52,392 nucleotides of DNA from a virus (Duplodnaviria > Caudoviricetes): the IMG/VR virus record IMGVR_UViG_3300037502_000790, positions 1 to 52,392 of that record; one strand, 5' to 3'. The notes beneath the pieces were generated by a model, which saw only the letters and a program-made list of their open reading frames with translations, made no database searches and was not told the origin of the DNA. Below, in pieces: positions 27,782 to 35,899 of this stretch (positions within the stretch are counted from its first letter, which is position 1; every line of letters begins with the position of its first letter). The position numbers and the translations under genes were made by a program.

Positions 27782-27856
27782 TGGTTGCGGAGGATGGAAT
27801 CGAACCACCGACCTCGGGATTATGAGTCCCGCGCTCTACCGCTGCGCTACTCCGCT
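27782..27856 (-). tRNA. tRNA with CAT anticodon (Met; fMet-like acceptor stem)
   Basis: AGCGGAG TAGCGCAGCGGTAGAGCGC..CGGGA CTCATAA TCCCG..GGTGGTTCGATTCCATC CTCCGCA A CCA; 75 nt, encoded CCA. Confidence 0.93.
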
Positions 27857-27920
27857 ATATGTGCACAGTATCGCTAATTTACTAATATATTAGCATAGCC
27901 TGTTTGCTATTAGCGCAACT

Positions 27921-28033
27921 TAAAAACAAAACCACCTCGATTGAAGCCCCCGGGGTGCGTGTTCATTTGGTCCACCCCGGGTCGCCCTCGTGAATGAATT
28001 TTCAATGAGAACAGTTCTCAGGCGGTCGTTTGT
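27921..28033 (-). ncRNA. Putative multi-branched RNA / terminator structure
   Basis: Stems GACCGCCT/AGGTGGTT, TGAGAA/TTCTCA, ATTGAA/TTCAAT and CCCGGGGTG/CACCCCGGG; ends in TTTTGTTTTT. Confidence 0.4.
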
Positions 28034-28091
28034 CAGAAACTTGCCACCATTTCTGACATCGGCTGTAGATGCGCCTAGTGGTACAGCGGAG

Positions 28092-28493
28092 TCAAAACTT
28101 CCTATCAACCTTGACGCAGTCAAATGGCAGCGGCGTTTTGTTGTCATCGCTCAGGTTGCCCCACAACAGCTTGGAGTTGTACCGGTCAATCAAAACCGAC
28201 ATCTTGTCTGAAACGCTCGGCTTCTTTGTTTCCTTGTCCACATTGATGAAATCACCTCGTATAAACCGATCTCCAGACTGAACAATCTTCCACGTTGACT
28301 CAGTCGTAAATCCTCCGCCTGCCTGCATCCGAGTAAAGATCGCCTGCATATCAAGAGCAACTGTCACCTCCCACTTCGCCCCCAACCCCTCACAGCTCAG
28401 TCGGATAGTTGACTGACCGTAACTGCTACCCATACTCAACACGAGACATAGACACGCCTTACTAAAGAATGAAACCACCGTTCTTATCTGCAT
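28092..28493 (-). CDS. Exported small protein (moron-like)
   Basis: Signal-peptide-like N-terminus; LSC near N-terminus and FDC near C-terminus; IDRYN motif; isolated location. Confidence 0.6.
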   Translation of the reverse strand: MQIRTVVSFFSKACLCLVLSMGSSYGQSTIRLSCEGLGAKWEVTVALDMQAIFTRMQAGGGFTTESTWKIVQSGDRFIRGDFINVDKETKKPSVSDKMSVLIDRYNSKLLWGNLSDDNKTPLPFDCVKVDRKF

Positions 28494-28544
28494 AGTTTTA
28501 CTCGCTTTACGTATTCAATTGCCACGCAACAAAACATAGCACAT

Positions 28545-28610
28545 GAAAAGTGAATGGCGCGTGTGGATATGGGATACGAAAGATGAACGGTGCGTGAGTA
28601 GATGGGATAC
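28545..28610. repeat. Two tandem imperfect 33-bp repeats
   Basis: gaaaagtgaatggcgcgtgtggatatgggatac vs gaaagatgaacggtgcgtgagtagatgggatac (26/33 identical). Confidence 0.75.
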
Positions 28611-28986
28611 AGCTGGAGCCTCAACCCCCGGGTGATGCACTTCGTGGTCCCGTGCCCCTAGGAGTACGTATGCATACCCCCTGTATACACATTCATCCGA
28701 CTCGTAATGAGTAGAACCCCTAGTGTTTTCAATGCTTCTCAGGGTAACTGTGCTGAATTTGTGCGGATAAACCTACCCCGCGGCACAGTCTGGTGCGTCT
28801 TTTATGGAGAACTCGGACTCGCGTGCGTATTCCCCCGTAGTTTTCATTGATTTTTTCCCAACTGACTCCTCCCTCCGTTCCCCTCCTTAGGAACTGACAC
28901 ATCGGGCCCTGCCCCTTCACTCATCGTGAAAGGGGGCAGTTCCCTTTCTACACCTCAATCGTTGTTTTTTTTCTAAGGAGCTTCAC

Positions 28987-29313
28987 ATGACTCTGCAACT
29001 CAAACCTATCACTCCTGCACAACACGGTCGTATCCAAGCCCTGATGGACCGTGGACTCGTAGCCGGTTCCATCCCAGAGACATCGTGGGAAGCTTCTTGC
29101 GTAATTCGCAACGCTCCTGCATCCAAGCGTGACAAGGATGTCTTGAAGAACAAGGGTGGTCGGGTCTTAGCACGTATGACTTCATCCGAGGTAGAGATGA
29201 CTTCCAAGGTAGTGGAAGCTCTTGCTCTCATCGATGGTGCTGGTATCAAGAACGCGAAGGTACTGGAAGGCGCCATGATCCTACGTTCTATGTTCTGTTC
29301 TAAGGCTCAGTAA
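28987..29313 (+). CDS. First gene of the early block, hypothetical
   Basis: TAAGGAG SD; codons typical of highly expressed genes (CGT, GCT, TCT). Confidence 0.8.
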   Translation: MTLQLKPITPAQHGRIQALMDRGLVAGSIPETSWEASCVIRNAPASKRDKDVLKNKGGRVLARMTSSEVEMTSKVVEALALIDGAGIKNAKVLEGAMILRSMFCSKAQ

Positions 29314-29386
29314 TCTCTCTTACGTCTTAGGCATACGCGGGAGCGCTTGTTCAAAGGGTTTCCCGCTTTTAACCCCTTATCAAAAT

Positions 29387-29468
29387 CCTAAGGTCGCTAG
29401 CTCAAGCTAGGTAAATCCTTAGGTCGGCGGGAGGTCGCCAGCTCAAGCTGGGTAAATCCTCCTTGCCG
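29387..29468 (+). promoter_or_regulatory. Twin covarying RNA stem-loops
   Basis: AGG-TCG-CYAGC-TCAA-GCTRG-GTAAAT-CCT twice, with compensatory T-A to C-G change and different closing stems. Confidence 0.75.
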
Positions 29469-29496
29469 CTATCTAACCACTTATCAGGAGAGCAAC

Positions 29497-29595
29497 ATGA
29501 GCACAACACTCAAGATCGTTTGGTTCGCTGGCTTCATCTCGCCAATCGTCCTTGGCTGGATCTTGGCGAAGCTCTTCGGTGGCCCAACAGACTAA
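29497..29595 (+). CDS. 32-aa single-TM peptide
   Basis: MSTTLKIVWFAGFISPIVLGWILAKLFGGPTD; AGGAG SD. Confidence 0.75.
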   Translation: MSTTLKIVWFAGFISPIVLGWILAKLFGGPTD

Positions 29596-29605
29596 GGAGA
29601 ACAAC

Positions 29606-29683
29606 ATGTCAATCGACTTCATCCTCGCAGGTTCCTACTTTGTAGCAATGGCTTACCTTGCAATTCTGTCAATGATCAACTGA
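29606..29683 (+). CDS. 25-aa single-TM peptide
   Basis: MSIDFILAGSYFVAMAYLAILSMIN; TAAGGAG SD overlapping the previous stop. Confidence 0.75.
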   Translation: MSIDFILAGSYFVAMAYLAILSMIN

Positions 29684-29693
29684 GGAGAACAAC

Positions 29694-29786
29694 ATGGAAG
29701 ACCGCACACTCGTAGCAATCGCGATGGCATTCCTTGGCGCATGTATTGGAGCGCTGGCTGGATTCATCCTCATCATCCTGATCTAG
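29694..29786 (+). CDS. 30-aa single-TM peptide
   Basis: MEDRTLVAIAMAFLGACIGALAGFILIILI; TGAGGAG SD overlapping the previous stop. Confidence 0.75.
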   Translation: MEDRTLVAIAMAFLGACIGALAGFILIILI

Positions 29787-29794
29787 GAGGTCGC

Positions 29795-29866
29795 ATGTTC
29801 GAAGCACTCATCTTCATCGGCTGCGTTGCCTTGATCGGTATCGCATTCATCGGATTCTTTGACTAG
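29795..29866 (+). CDS. 23-aa single-TM peptide
   Basis: MFEALIFIGCVALIGIAFIGFFD; TAGGAGG SD overlapping the previous stop. Confidence 0.75.
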   Translation: MFEALIFIGCVALIGIAFIGFFD

Positions 29867-29875
29867 GAGATCAAC

Positions 29876-30073
29876 ATGAATCGTCTCGAAACACTCGCAA
29901 TGCTTGTCTTGTCAGTACTGGTCTACGTATTTGCTCTTTACTGCGGCATGAAGCATCTCATCTCAGCATGGACAATGTTTGCTACCGCAATGTTCGGAGT
30001 CTTCTGTGGCGTCTACTCATCCTTTCGCATCATCACCGCGTTTGATGTTGACTCCCGATATCAGTCTGGCTGA
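29876..30073 (+). CDS. 65-aa two-TM protein
   Basis: TAGGAG SD overlapping the previous stop; two hydrophobic segments. Confidence 0.75.
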   Translation: MNRLETLAMLVLSVLVYVFALYCGMKHLISAWTMFATAMFGVFCGVYSSFRIITAFDVDSRYQSG

Positions 30074-30091
30074 TACTGCATTAGTTAAACG

Positions 30092-30125
30092 GAGCCGGGG
30101 TTCTTCGGAGCCTCGGCTTTATTAA
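30092..30125 (+). terminator. Probable terminator with cUUCGg tetraloop
   Basis: AGCCGGGGTTC-TTCG-GAGCCTCGGCT followed by TTATT. Confidence 0.6.
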
Positions 30126-30195
30126 AAACTTCGGAGCGGCAGGACTGCCAGCCTCCGATATTCCCGTGCAAGCAATCCGAATTTCTCGAGGAAAT

Positions 30196-30483
30196 ATGTA
30201 CATCGAACAAACTTGTTACGAGCGTGGCTGTGCCTGTTTTGACTACCGGCTGAACACCGGGGTCGAGGTGCATCGCAAAAACAATCTAGTTGCTCTGCTG
30301 ATAACCACGCTGTCTTTAGCTATCAGTCTCATCACATTCGCACTGGTGTTCCTACTGTGCGGCGCTCTAAGAATCACTGAGCCGTATGCATTTATCGCTG
30401 CAATGTTCTGGTCGTTGGCGCCATTAGTTGTTGGCGTTTGGGACGGCAGCATGTTCAACACAATCACAAAGGAGAAAACATGA
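30196..30483 (+). CDS. Two-TM protein with Cys-rich N-terminus
   Basis: GAGGA SD before ATG 30196; MYIEQTCYERGCAC... Confidence 0.65.
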   Translation: MYIEQTCYERGCACFDYRLNTGVEVHRKNNLVALLITTLSLAISLITFALVFLLCGALRITEPYAFIAAMFWSLAPLVVGVWDGSMFNTITKEKT

Positions 30484-30746
30484 AGTACTTATGGAAAACG
30501 ATTCGCCAATCCAAGTATGGCGACGGGGTAGATGTCCACGGTTTCTACGAAGCCGAGAGCAGCAGCGTACTCGCCGGTCAAACGCTCAAGCAATTCATCG
30601 ACAGCTACGACACGCAAGAACTAGCTCAAGCCGCGCACCCAGACGCTCGCATGGGCAGCAGCTGGACTGACCCAGTTGTCAGCATCAATCACTTGCCCTG
30701 CGAAGACGACCCAGTTCCCGGCGGGATGTACCCCGATGACTATTAA
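30480..30746 (+). CDS. Hypothetical early protein
   Basis: AAGGAG SD; ATGA overlap; MKYLWKTIRQ... Confidence 0.75.
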   Translation: MKYLWKTIRQSKYGDGVDVHGFYEAESSSVLAGQTLKQFIDSYDTQELAQAAHPDARMGSSWTDPVVSINHLPCEDDPVPGGMYPDDY

Positions 30747-30758
30747 CAAGGAGGCCAC

Positions 30759-30935
30759 ATGAACGAGAGCGATCTGATGATTATAGAAAACCGCATCCGG
30801 ATTAAAGACTGGGTAATTGAGCAGCACAAGATAGCACTGCATCGTATAGGCGATGCAATAGCAACAGGAGACCCAGAAGTTATCTACGACACGTGGATGA
30901 AGTTGCGTCCATTGGCTGATCGAAAGGAAGAGTAA
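30759..30935 (+). CDS. 58-aa hypothetical protein (not in ORF track)
   Basis: AAGGAGG SD; MNESDLMIIENRIRIKDWVIEQHK... Confidence 0.7.
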   Translation: MNESDLMIIENRIRIKDWVIEQHKIALHRIGDAIATGDPEVIYDTWMKLRPLADRKEE

Positions 30936-31117
30936 TGCTTTTCCATCGAACCACCACCAACTCTTGCCCAGCAGATAGTCAGTCGTCTGATCGTTCCGTG
31001 CTGTGGCGCAAGCGTCAAACCCTTTCCCGCTCCACCCCTCTTCAACCACCAGAGTCCCACCCCTCACCTGTCGGTGAAGGGGATGGTCCTCTTCTCAATT
31101 CTGCAAAGGAGGATTGC

Positions 31118-31396
31118 ATGAATCACTTTATTGGCACAGTAGAAGTCACGCATGGTGAGTACAACACCAAGTGTGCATTCATCTTCAAGACGGAAGAAGA
31201 TCCCGGCAAGTACCTCAATCAAATCGCTAAGAGTTGGTACGGCAGTAGACCAATCAAAGATGGCAACAACTTCTTCTTCGATGCTGGGTGCGTGTGCGTT
31301 ACCCCTGTCGGATGGAAGCAGATCTCGCCAGCTACACAAGCTGACATACACGGCATTCTCAATGTGCTAACACCCCAACCAAGGAGACTTACATGA
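31118..31396 (+). CDS. Hypothetical early protein
   Basis: AAGGAGG SD before ATG 31118; MNHFIGTVEVTHGEY... Confidence 0.7.
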   Translation: MNHFIGTVEVTHGEYNTKCAFIFKTEEDPGKYLNQIAKSWYGSRPIKDGNNFFFDAGCVCVTPVGWKQISPATQADIHGILNVLTPQPRRLT

Positions 31397-31749
31397 TTGA
31401 TACCTCACACTTCACAGGCACCGAGGCATACCACCGGTTCGGCCTGTTCCCCGATGTTGCAACCGATGGCGCTATCTACGTGGCTAAGAAAGCCGGTGCG
31501 TTCTGGTTGCTTGACGCGATTGCTGCTCAATTGCGACACAAAGCGCGACACGAGCACGACACTTTTGCTGTCGCGAAACTTGAGGTGGACGTTCTTGCCA
31601 GCAAAGGAGTGCTCAAGCTAGATGATGGCAACGGCAACGTCTTCGCCACCGAGAAGATCCAGTACACCGACTACCCAGATCCCGACATCACCTTTTTTGC
31701 AAAGTGGGTTGGCAACCGCTGGGTGCTTATGGTTCCCTCGGAATATTAG
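31393..31749 (+). CDS. DUF6876-like protein
   Basis: FTGTEAYHR...TDGAIYVA..AGAFWLLDAIA...IQYTDYP...VLMVPSEY signature. Confidence 0.75.
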   Translation: MIDTSHFTGTEAYHRFGLFPDVATDGAIYVAKKAGAFWLLDAIAAQLRHKARHEHDTFAVAKLEVDVLASKGVLKLDDGNGNVFATEKIQYTDYPDPDITFFAKWVGNRWVLMVPSEY

Positions 31750-31759
31750 GAGATCGATA

Positions 31760-31948
31760 ATGAATCAGCACCGCTTCTGCGCTACCTGTTACAGCCACCG
31801 CAAATCGGAGGGCGGCAGCATCAAGCAAGGCCGGGTTCCCCGATGGGTGTGTGAAGAGTGCACCAATAAAGCTTCAGCTCGTTGGTCAGGACGCATCGCC
31901 GAGTTCGCACCAAAGGAAATCAAAAAAGAGGAATGGAGGTACCGATGA
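31760..31948 (+). CDS. Zn-ribbon protein
   Basis: FCATC...RWVCEEC; AGGAG SD. Confidence 0.65.
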   Translation: MNQHRFCATCYSHRKSEGGSIKQGRVPRWVCEECTNKASARWSGRIAEFAPKEIKKEEWRYR

Positions 31949-32115
31949 TCAACCGCACACCAATCCCCTGTGTTTGGAACTCCGACTGGAAGTACACCAG
32001 CTCCAGAGATACAGACATTCGTAAGACCTTTGCTAAGCATGGGTTCAAACCAATCAAGAAAGGAAGACGTAATGCAAGAGATCTGGACAACGAAAGAACT
32101 AGCCGACAGCCGTGA
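31945..32115 (+). CDS. Small basic hypothetical protein
   Basis: GGAGG SD; WKYTSSRDTDIRKTF motif. Confidence 0.6.
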   Translation: MINRTPIPCVWNSDWKYTSSRDTDIRKTFAKHGFKPIKKGRRNARDLDNERTSRQP

Positions 32116-32251
32116 GTGTTTGGCACCAAGGGTTCCCGCCGGTTGGCAATCCACCGAGCTGACCGACGAAGAACTACACGAATGCTATCGCCTCATGCAT
32201 CAAGACTATGAGGACATGGGAGATCCATACGATCCAAGGAGTTTCAAATGA
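32072..32251 (+). CDS. Small acidic hypothetical protein
   Basis: AAGGA SD before ATG 32072. Confidence 0.5.
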   Translation: MQEIWTTKELADSRECLAPRVPAGWQSTELTDEELHECYRLMHQDYEDMGDPYDPRSFK

Positions 32252-32604
32252 ACATGAACCACCCAAAAGCACACCCCAAAATCAAGGAAGCAAAAGCCAA
32301 GATCGACGAAAGCATCGAGTCAATCAAAGCTATACATGGGGAGACCTACGCAGACATTGTGCTTTGCTACGTGATGAGCCTGCACTTAACAAGAATGATT
32401 GCGATGTTGGCAAGAGAAGCATCAAGAGAAGAAGCTAACGCCGTTGGCGAACAACTGACCGGAACGCTGAGCGCCATGATGGACTTGGTCGTAGATGGTC
32501 ACAACATTTCCGCCAAGACAATAGATGAAATCCAGAACTGGGCAATCCGGCTGACCGGTCACATCGATTACGGTATCGAACAAGCTGTGAAGGGGGGCAA
32601 ATGA
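32248..32604 (+). CDS. Hypothetical helical protein
   Basis: AAGGAG SD; ATGA coupling. Confidence 0.65.
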   Translation: MNMNHPKAHPKIKEAKAKIDESIESIKAIHGETYADIVLCYVMSLHLTRMIAMLAREASREEANAVGEQLTGTLSAMMDLVVDGHNISAKTIDEIQNWAIRLTGHIDYGIEQAVKGGK

Positions 32605-32948
32605 GCTGGACAGATGCACTCCGACCTTGGCACGGATCGACCGCCAAGAAGGTTGCTTTGCACATGCAATCTGAATGGGGATGGGATGTAACCATTGTTC
32701 AAGGACGCTTGGACAGTATCGACGCAAGTCTTAGATATGGAAAACGATGGCGGTACTCTCAAGCACTAAAGCATGACATTGATGAGCAAGTCCAACATCT
32801 TATCGATGCACTGGATATGTCCATAAGCATGTTTGACGATCTCGATCGCGCAGCAAAAGAGGATGGCGCAGTAGGCAAGTACACCATCCTCCCCTTTCCC
32901 AAAGACATCAATCCTCAACGAGCGGCACCCGCCTCTCACTTTCAGTGA
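32601..32948 (+). CDS. Hypothetical protein
   Basis: ATGA coupling. Confidence 0.6.
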   Translation: MSWTDALRPWHGSTAKKVALHMQSEWGWDVTIVQGRLDSIDASLRYGKRWRYSQALKHDIDEQVQHLIDALDMSISMFDDLDRAAKEDGAVGKYTILPFPKDINPQRAAPASHFQ

Positions 32949-32993
32949 AGAGGGCGGCTGCCTTCTTCTTCTTCAAACAATAAGGAGATTTGT

Positions 32994-34472
32994 ATGACGA
33001 GCATCTATAGCTACGCTCGCCAGAAGCTCAACGCTACTGGTTTCGGGCGTGATGTATTCCTCGATCTGCTTCTCAAGCGCACGATCAAATCAGTGTCAAT
33101 GACCGGTGGCAGGAACATTGGCAAGAACAAGTGGCTTGGGTTGATCGACGCTCTGGTTGCAACAGACCCAGAGAAGTACGGCGGAGTCCTATCCGATCTG
33201 GACGGTAGGCTGCATAAGTATGAGCGCACCCATAAGCGGGGCTGCTTGCGTATGTATTTCTTAATAGATTACATCAGACGCGACCGAACAGGAGAAGATC
33301 GTCTCAACGCTATGCAGCTGATCAAAGACTGGTTCCCCAAGTTCGACGCGCAAGAACAATCCGAGTGGATCCTGTCTGTTGCAAGAAATCACAACGTGTA
33401 CAAAGCAGACTGCGGTCACTTCACTACGGATACCTACACTCTTAGGGGTACTGACGAAGATGTCTTCGCTCACAGCACGGTGTGCCACGCCTGCTCTCAG
33501 GATCTGATCAACAGCGGCGTCAGGACTTTCGACAACAACGGCGAGATGGTCCTGTCTCGATACGCGGTATCTGCGTTCATGCATGGTCAGAGCACACGCA
33601 CCTTTGACCGTCGCAACAGCCACATTATGTACGACGAGCGTCGCCAGATCTGGTATGTGCAAGGCTGGTCTCCGTATCAAGGTCTGATCGACAGCTACCA
33701 CAGTTCAAAGAACAAGGGCTTTAACGTCATTGATTCTCAGTGGCTGCGGTCCAATCGCCGTGCGTTCGGCTGCGAACTCGAGGTCGAGGTTGTATCTGGC
33801 GAGCCGTACTTAGCAGCTGGTCGCGTCCACGATCTGCTCAATCCATCTGGGGTGGTCGGCGAGTACTGCTACTTCGAGCGCGACGGATCCATTGGCAATG
33901 GCTTTGAGCTGGTCACCCAGCCTGCTGGCCTAGACGTACATCGAGAGAAGCTCGCCCTGTTCCTGAATGACGGCAACGTCAAGAAAGGCATGCGCTCACA
34001 CGAGGGCGGTCGCTGCGGCTTCCATGTCCACGTGGGTAGGGAATACGTCACACAGTCCCAGATCTACCGAGTTCAGTCGTTCCTGAATGACGTCCGCAAC
34101 GAGGCGCTGATCAGGTCGATCGCTCGCCGGTACAGCGGTGGTTACTGCCGGATCAAGCACGAGATGGCTAAGTTCTCACCGCACAACAAGAACACGGGCG
34201 AGCGGTACGAAGCACTCAATGTTCAGAACTCCAAGACCATTGAGTTCCGTATCTTCCGTGGGTCCCTTCGGTATGAGTCAATCATGGCAGCACTTGAGTT
34301 CTGCAATGCCGTGCTCGCCTTCTGCACTCCAGGCGTGACTGCCATTCAAGACTTCACATCGATTGGGTTTAAGAAGTTTGTCCTGCTGCGTGAGAACAGA
34401 GAAGACACAAAGTTCTTGCGAAGCTATCTCGCACTGGACGCCAATCATGACAACGAACGCCAAGCAGCATAA
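32994..34472 (+). CDS. Amidoligase (COOH-NH2 ligase, GS/GCS fold)
   Basis: FGCELEVE, ERDGSIGNGFELVTQP, CGFHVHVG, RYEALN, TIEFRIFRG motifs. Confidence 0.88.
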   Translation: MTSIYSYARQKLNATGFGRDVFLDLLLKRTIKSVSMTGGRNIGKNKWLGLIDALVATDPEKYGGVLSDLDGRLHKYERTHKRGCLRMYFLIDYIRRDRTGEDRLNAMQLIKDWFPKFDAQEQSEWILSVARNHNVYKADCGHFTTDTYTLRGTDEDVFAHSTVCHACSQDLINSGVRTFDNNGEMVLSRYAVSAFMHGQSTRTFDRRNSHIMYDERRQIWYVQGWSPYQGLIDSYHSSKNKGFNVIDSQWLRSNRRAFGCELEVEVVSGEPYLAAGRVHDLLNPSGVVGEYCYFERDGSIGNGFELVTQPAGLDVHREKLALFLNDGNVKKGMRSHEGGRCGFHVHVGREYVTQSQIYRVQSFLNDVRNEALIRSIARRYSGGYCRIKHEMAKFSPHNKNTGERYEALNVQNSKTIEFRIFRGSLRYESIMAALEFCNAVLAFCTPGVTAIQDFTSIGFKKFVLLRENREDTKFLRSYLALDANHDNERQAA

Positions 34473-34507
34473 CCAATATCAATCAACCAAAGAAAGGAAA
34501 TCTAACC

Positions 34508-35557
34508 ATGTGCATTCTCATTCATCAACCAAAAGACGGATGCTTCGAGTCGGCTCAACTGCAAGACTTTTACAACAAGAACTCCGACGGTTTCGGCGCA
34601 ATCGTGAATCTTGGTAGCGAGGTAATCGTTGTCAAGATGGTTGGCTCATTCAGCGAGATCGAAGATCTGTACTACAACAAGGTCGCATGCCACGAGGCAG
34701 TCATTCACTTCCGAATGAAGACGCACGGCGACATCGACATGGACAACTGTCACCCATACGAAGTGACGCCGGGTCTATGGATGGCGCACAACGGTATCTT
34801 GGCTACCGGCAATCATGCCAACCCCAAGATGTCAGACACTTGGCATTACATCAACGACTACCTAAAGCCTTTGCTTACTCTTAACCCAGATCTAATCAAG
34901 CAGGAAGCTTTCCTGAAGATGGTCGGCGGTCACATCGGCGGCAGCAACAAGTTTGCGTTCATGAATCAGCAGGGCGAATGCTTTATCGTGAATCGCAATA
35001 GTGGTATCGATCACAACGGTATGTGGTATTCCAACACTTATGCTTGGACACCTTGGAAGTTTGGCTATGGCAACCCGCCTGCGCCCGTGTCCTACCCAAA
35101 GTATGACCACACCAAGTACGCCACCAGCCCTACGTGGCGTGAGTGGGATGCCATCGATCGCCGTGAGCAACTCGCGCTGGACTACAAGACCAGCAAAGTC
35201 AAGGCTAAGCCAAAAGCAAAGCCACGCAAAAAGTCCCCGCTTGCGCCAGCGCTAGGAACTTTGACCACTTCGCAGATGCGCCGCTTGGTTCGCTCAAGCT
35301 ACAACAGCCTGATGCTGGAGGACTACGACGGTGTGCTGCGCTGGGCAGTTGATCACCCAATGAAAGCATCTCACTTTATCTATGAGCTGTTGGGCAACGA
35401 GAACGACAAGCACTACTCATCGGAAGCAATCTGCGACAAGGTTGCCAACGATCCAGACTGGGCCGCAGAAACCATCATCGATCTCTGGGTTGACATGGAA
35501 GATGTACTGATGGACTTAGGCGGCATTGAACAACCCAAACAAGGAGCACAAGCATGA
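34508..35557 (+). CDS. Class II glutamine amidotransferase (Ntn) with C-terminal extension
   Basis: MC start, NSDGFG, IHFRMKTHG, NCHPY, HNG, SDT motifs. Confidence 0.88.
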   Translation: MCILIHQPKDGCFESAQLQDFYNKNSDGFGAIVNLGSEVIVVKMVGSFSEIEDLYYNKVACHEAVIHFRMKTHGDIDMDNCHPYEVTPGLWMAHNGILATGNHANPKMSDTWHYINDYLKPLLTLNPDLIKQEAFLKMVGGHIGGSNKFAFMNQQGECFIVNRNSGIDHNGMWYSNTYAWTPWKFGYGNPPAPVSYPKYDHTKYATSPTWREWDAIDRREQLALDYKTSKVKAKPKAKPRKKSPLAPALGTLTTSQMRRLVRSSYNSLMLEDYDGVLRWAVDHPMKASHFIYELLGNENDKHYSSEAICDKVANDPDWAAETIIDLWVDMEDVLMDLGGIEQPKQGAQA

Positions 35558-35883
35558 TGTTCGACTACACAACACAAAACATTATGGAAGAAGACATGCG
35601 TAAAGACAACGCATTCAACTTCTTCCGCAGGAATAGCTCCGTAGGTTTCAACAACAATGGCGATGCGCTAGAGATTCGGACTGCTCTCGGCAGTTCGTAT
35701 CACAGCGCGTTGTCCATCACAGTTGACGAGTGGCACAAGATCACAAAAGCGATGGCGCGAACAAACGAAGGAGCATCTTTCCGATCGTTTTTCATCTATC
35801 ACCACCTTAAGGACACCGGACGACTTAAGGTTTGGTTTGACAAAGTCCGCTCACTTGGAAGTTCAACGAAGTTCTACGCATAA
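35554..35883 (+). CDS. Hypothetical protein, last gene of the early block
   Basis: AAGGAG SD, ATGA coupling. Confidence 0.6.
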   Translation: MMFDYTTQNIMEEDMRKDNAFNFFRRNSSVGFNNNGDALEIRTALGSSYHSALSITVDEWHKITKAMARTNEGASFRSFFIYHHLKDTGRLKVWFDKVRSLGSSTKFYA

Positions 35884-35899
35884 TCCGCAGCCAGCAAGG

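Noticed and set aside
29387-29468. Mini-CRISPR array
   Set aside because: Only two units with ~12 nt between them, and that sequence forms the closing stems.
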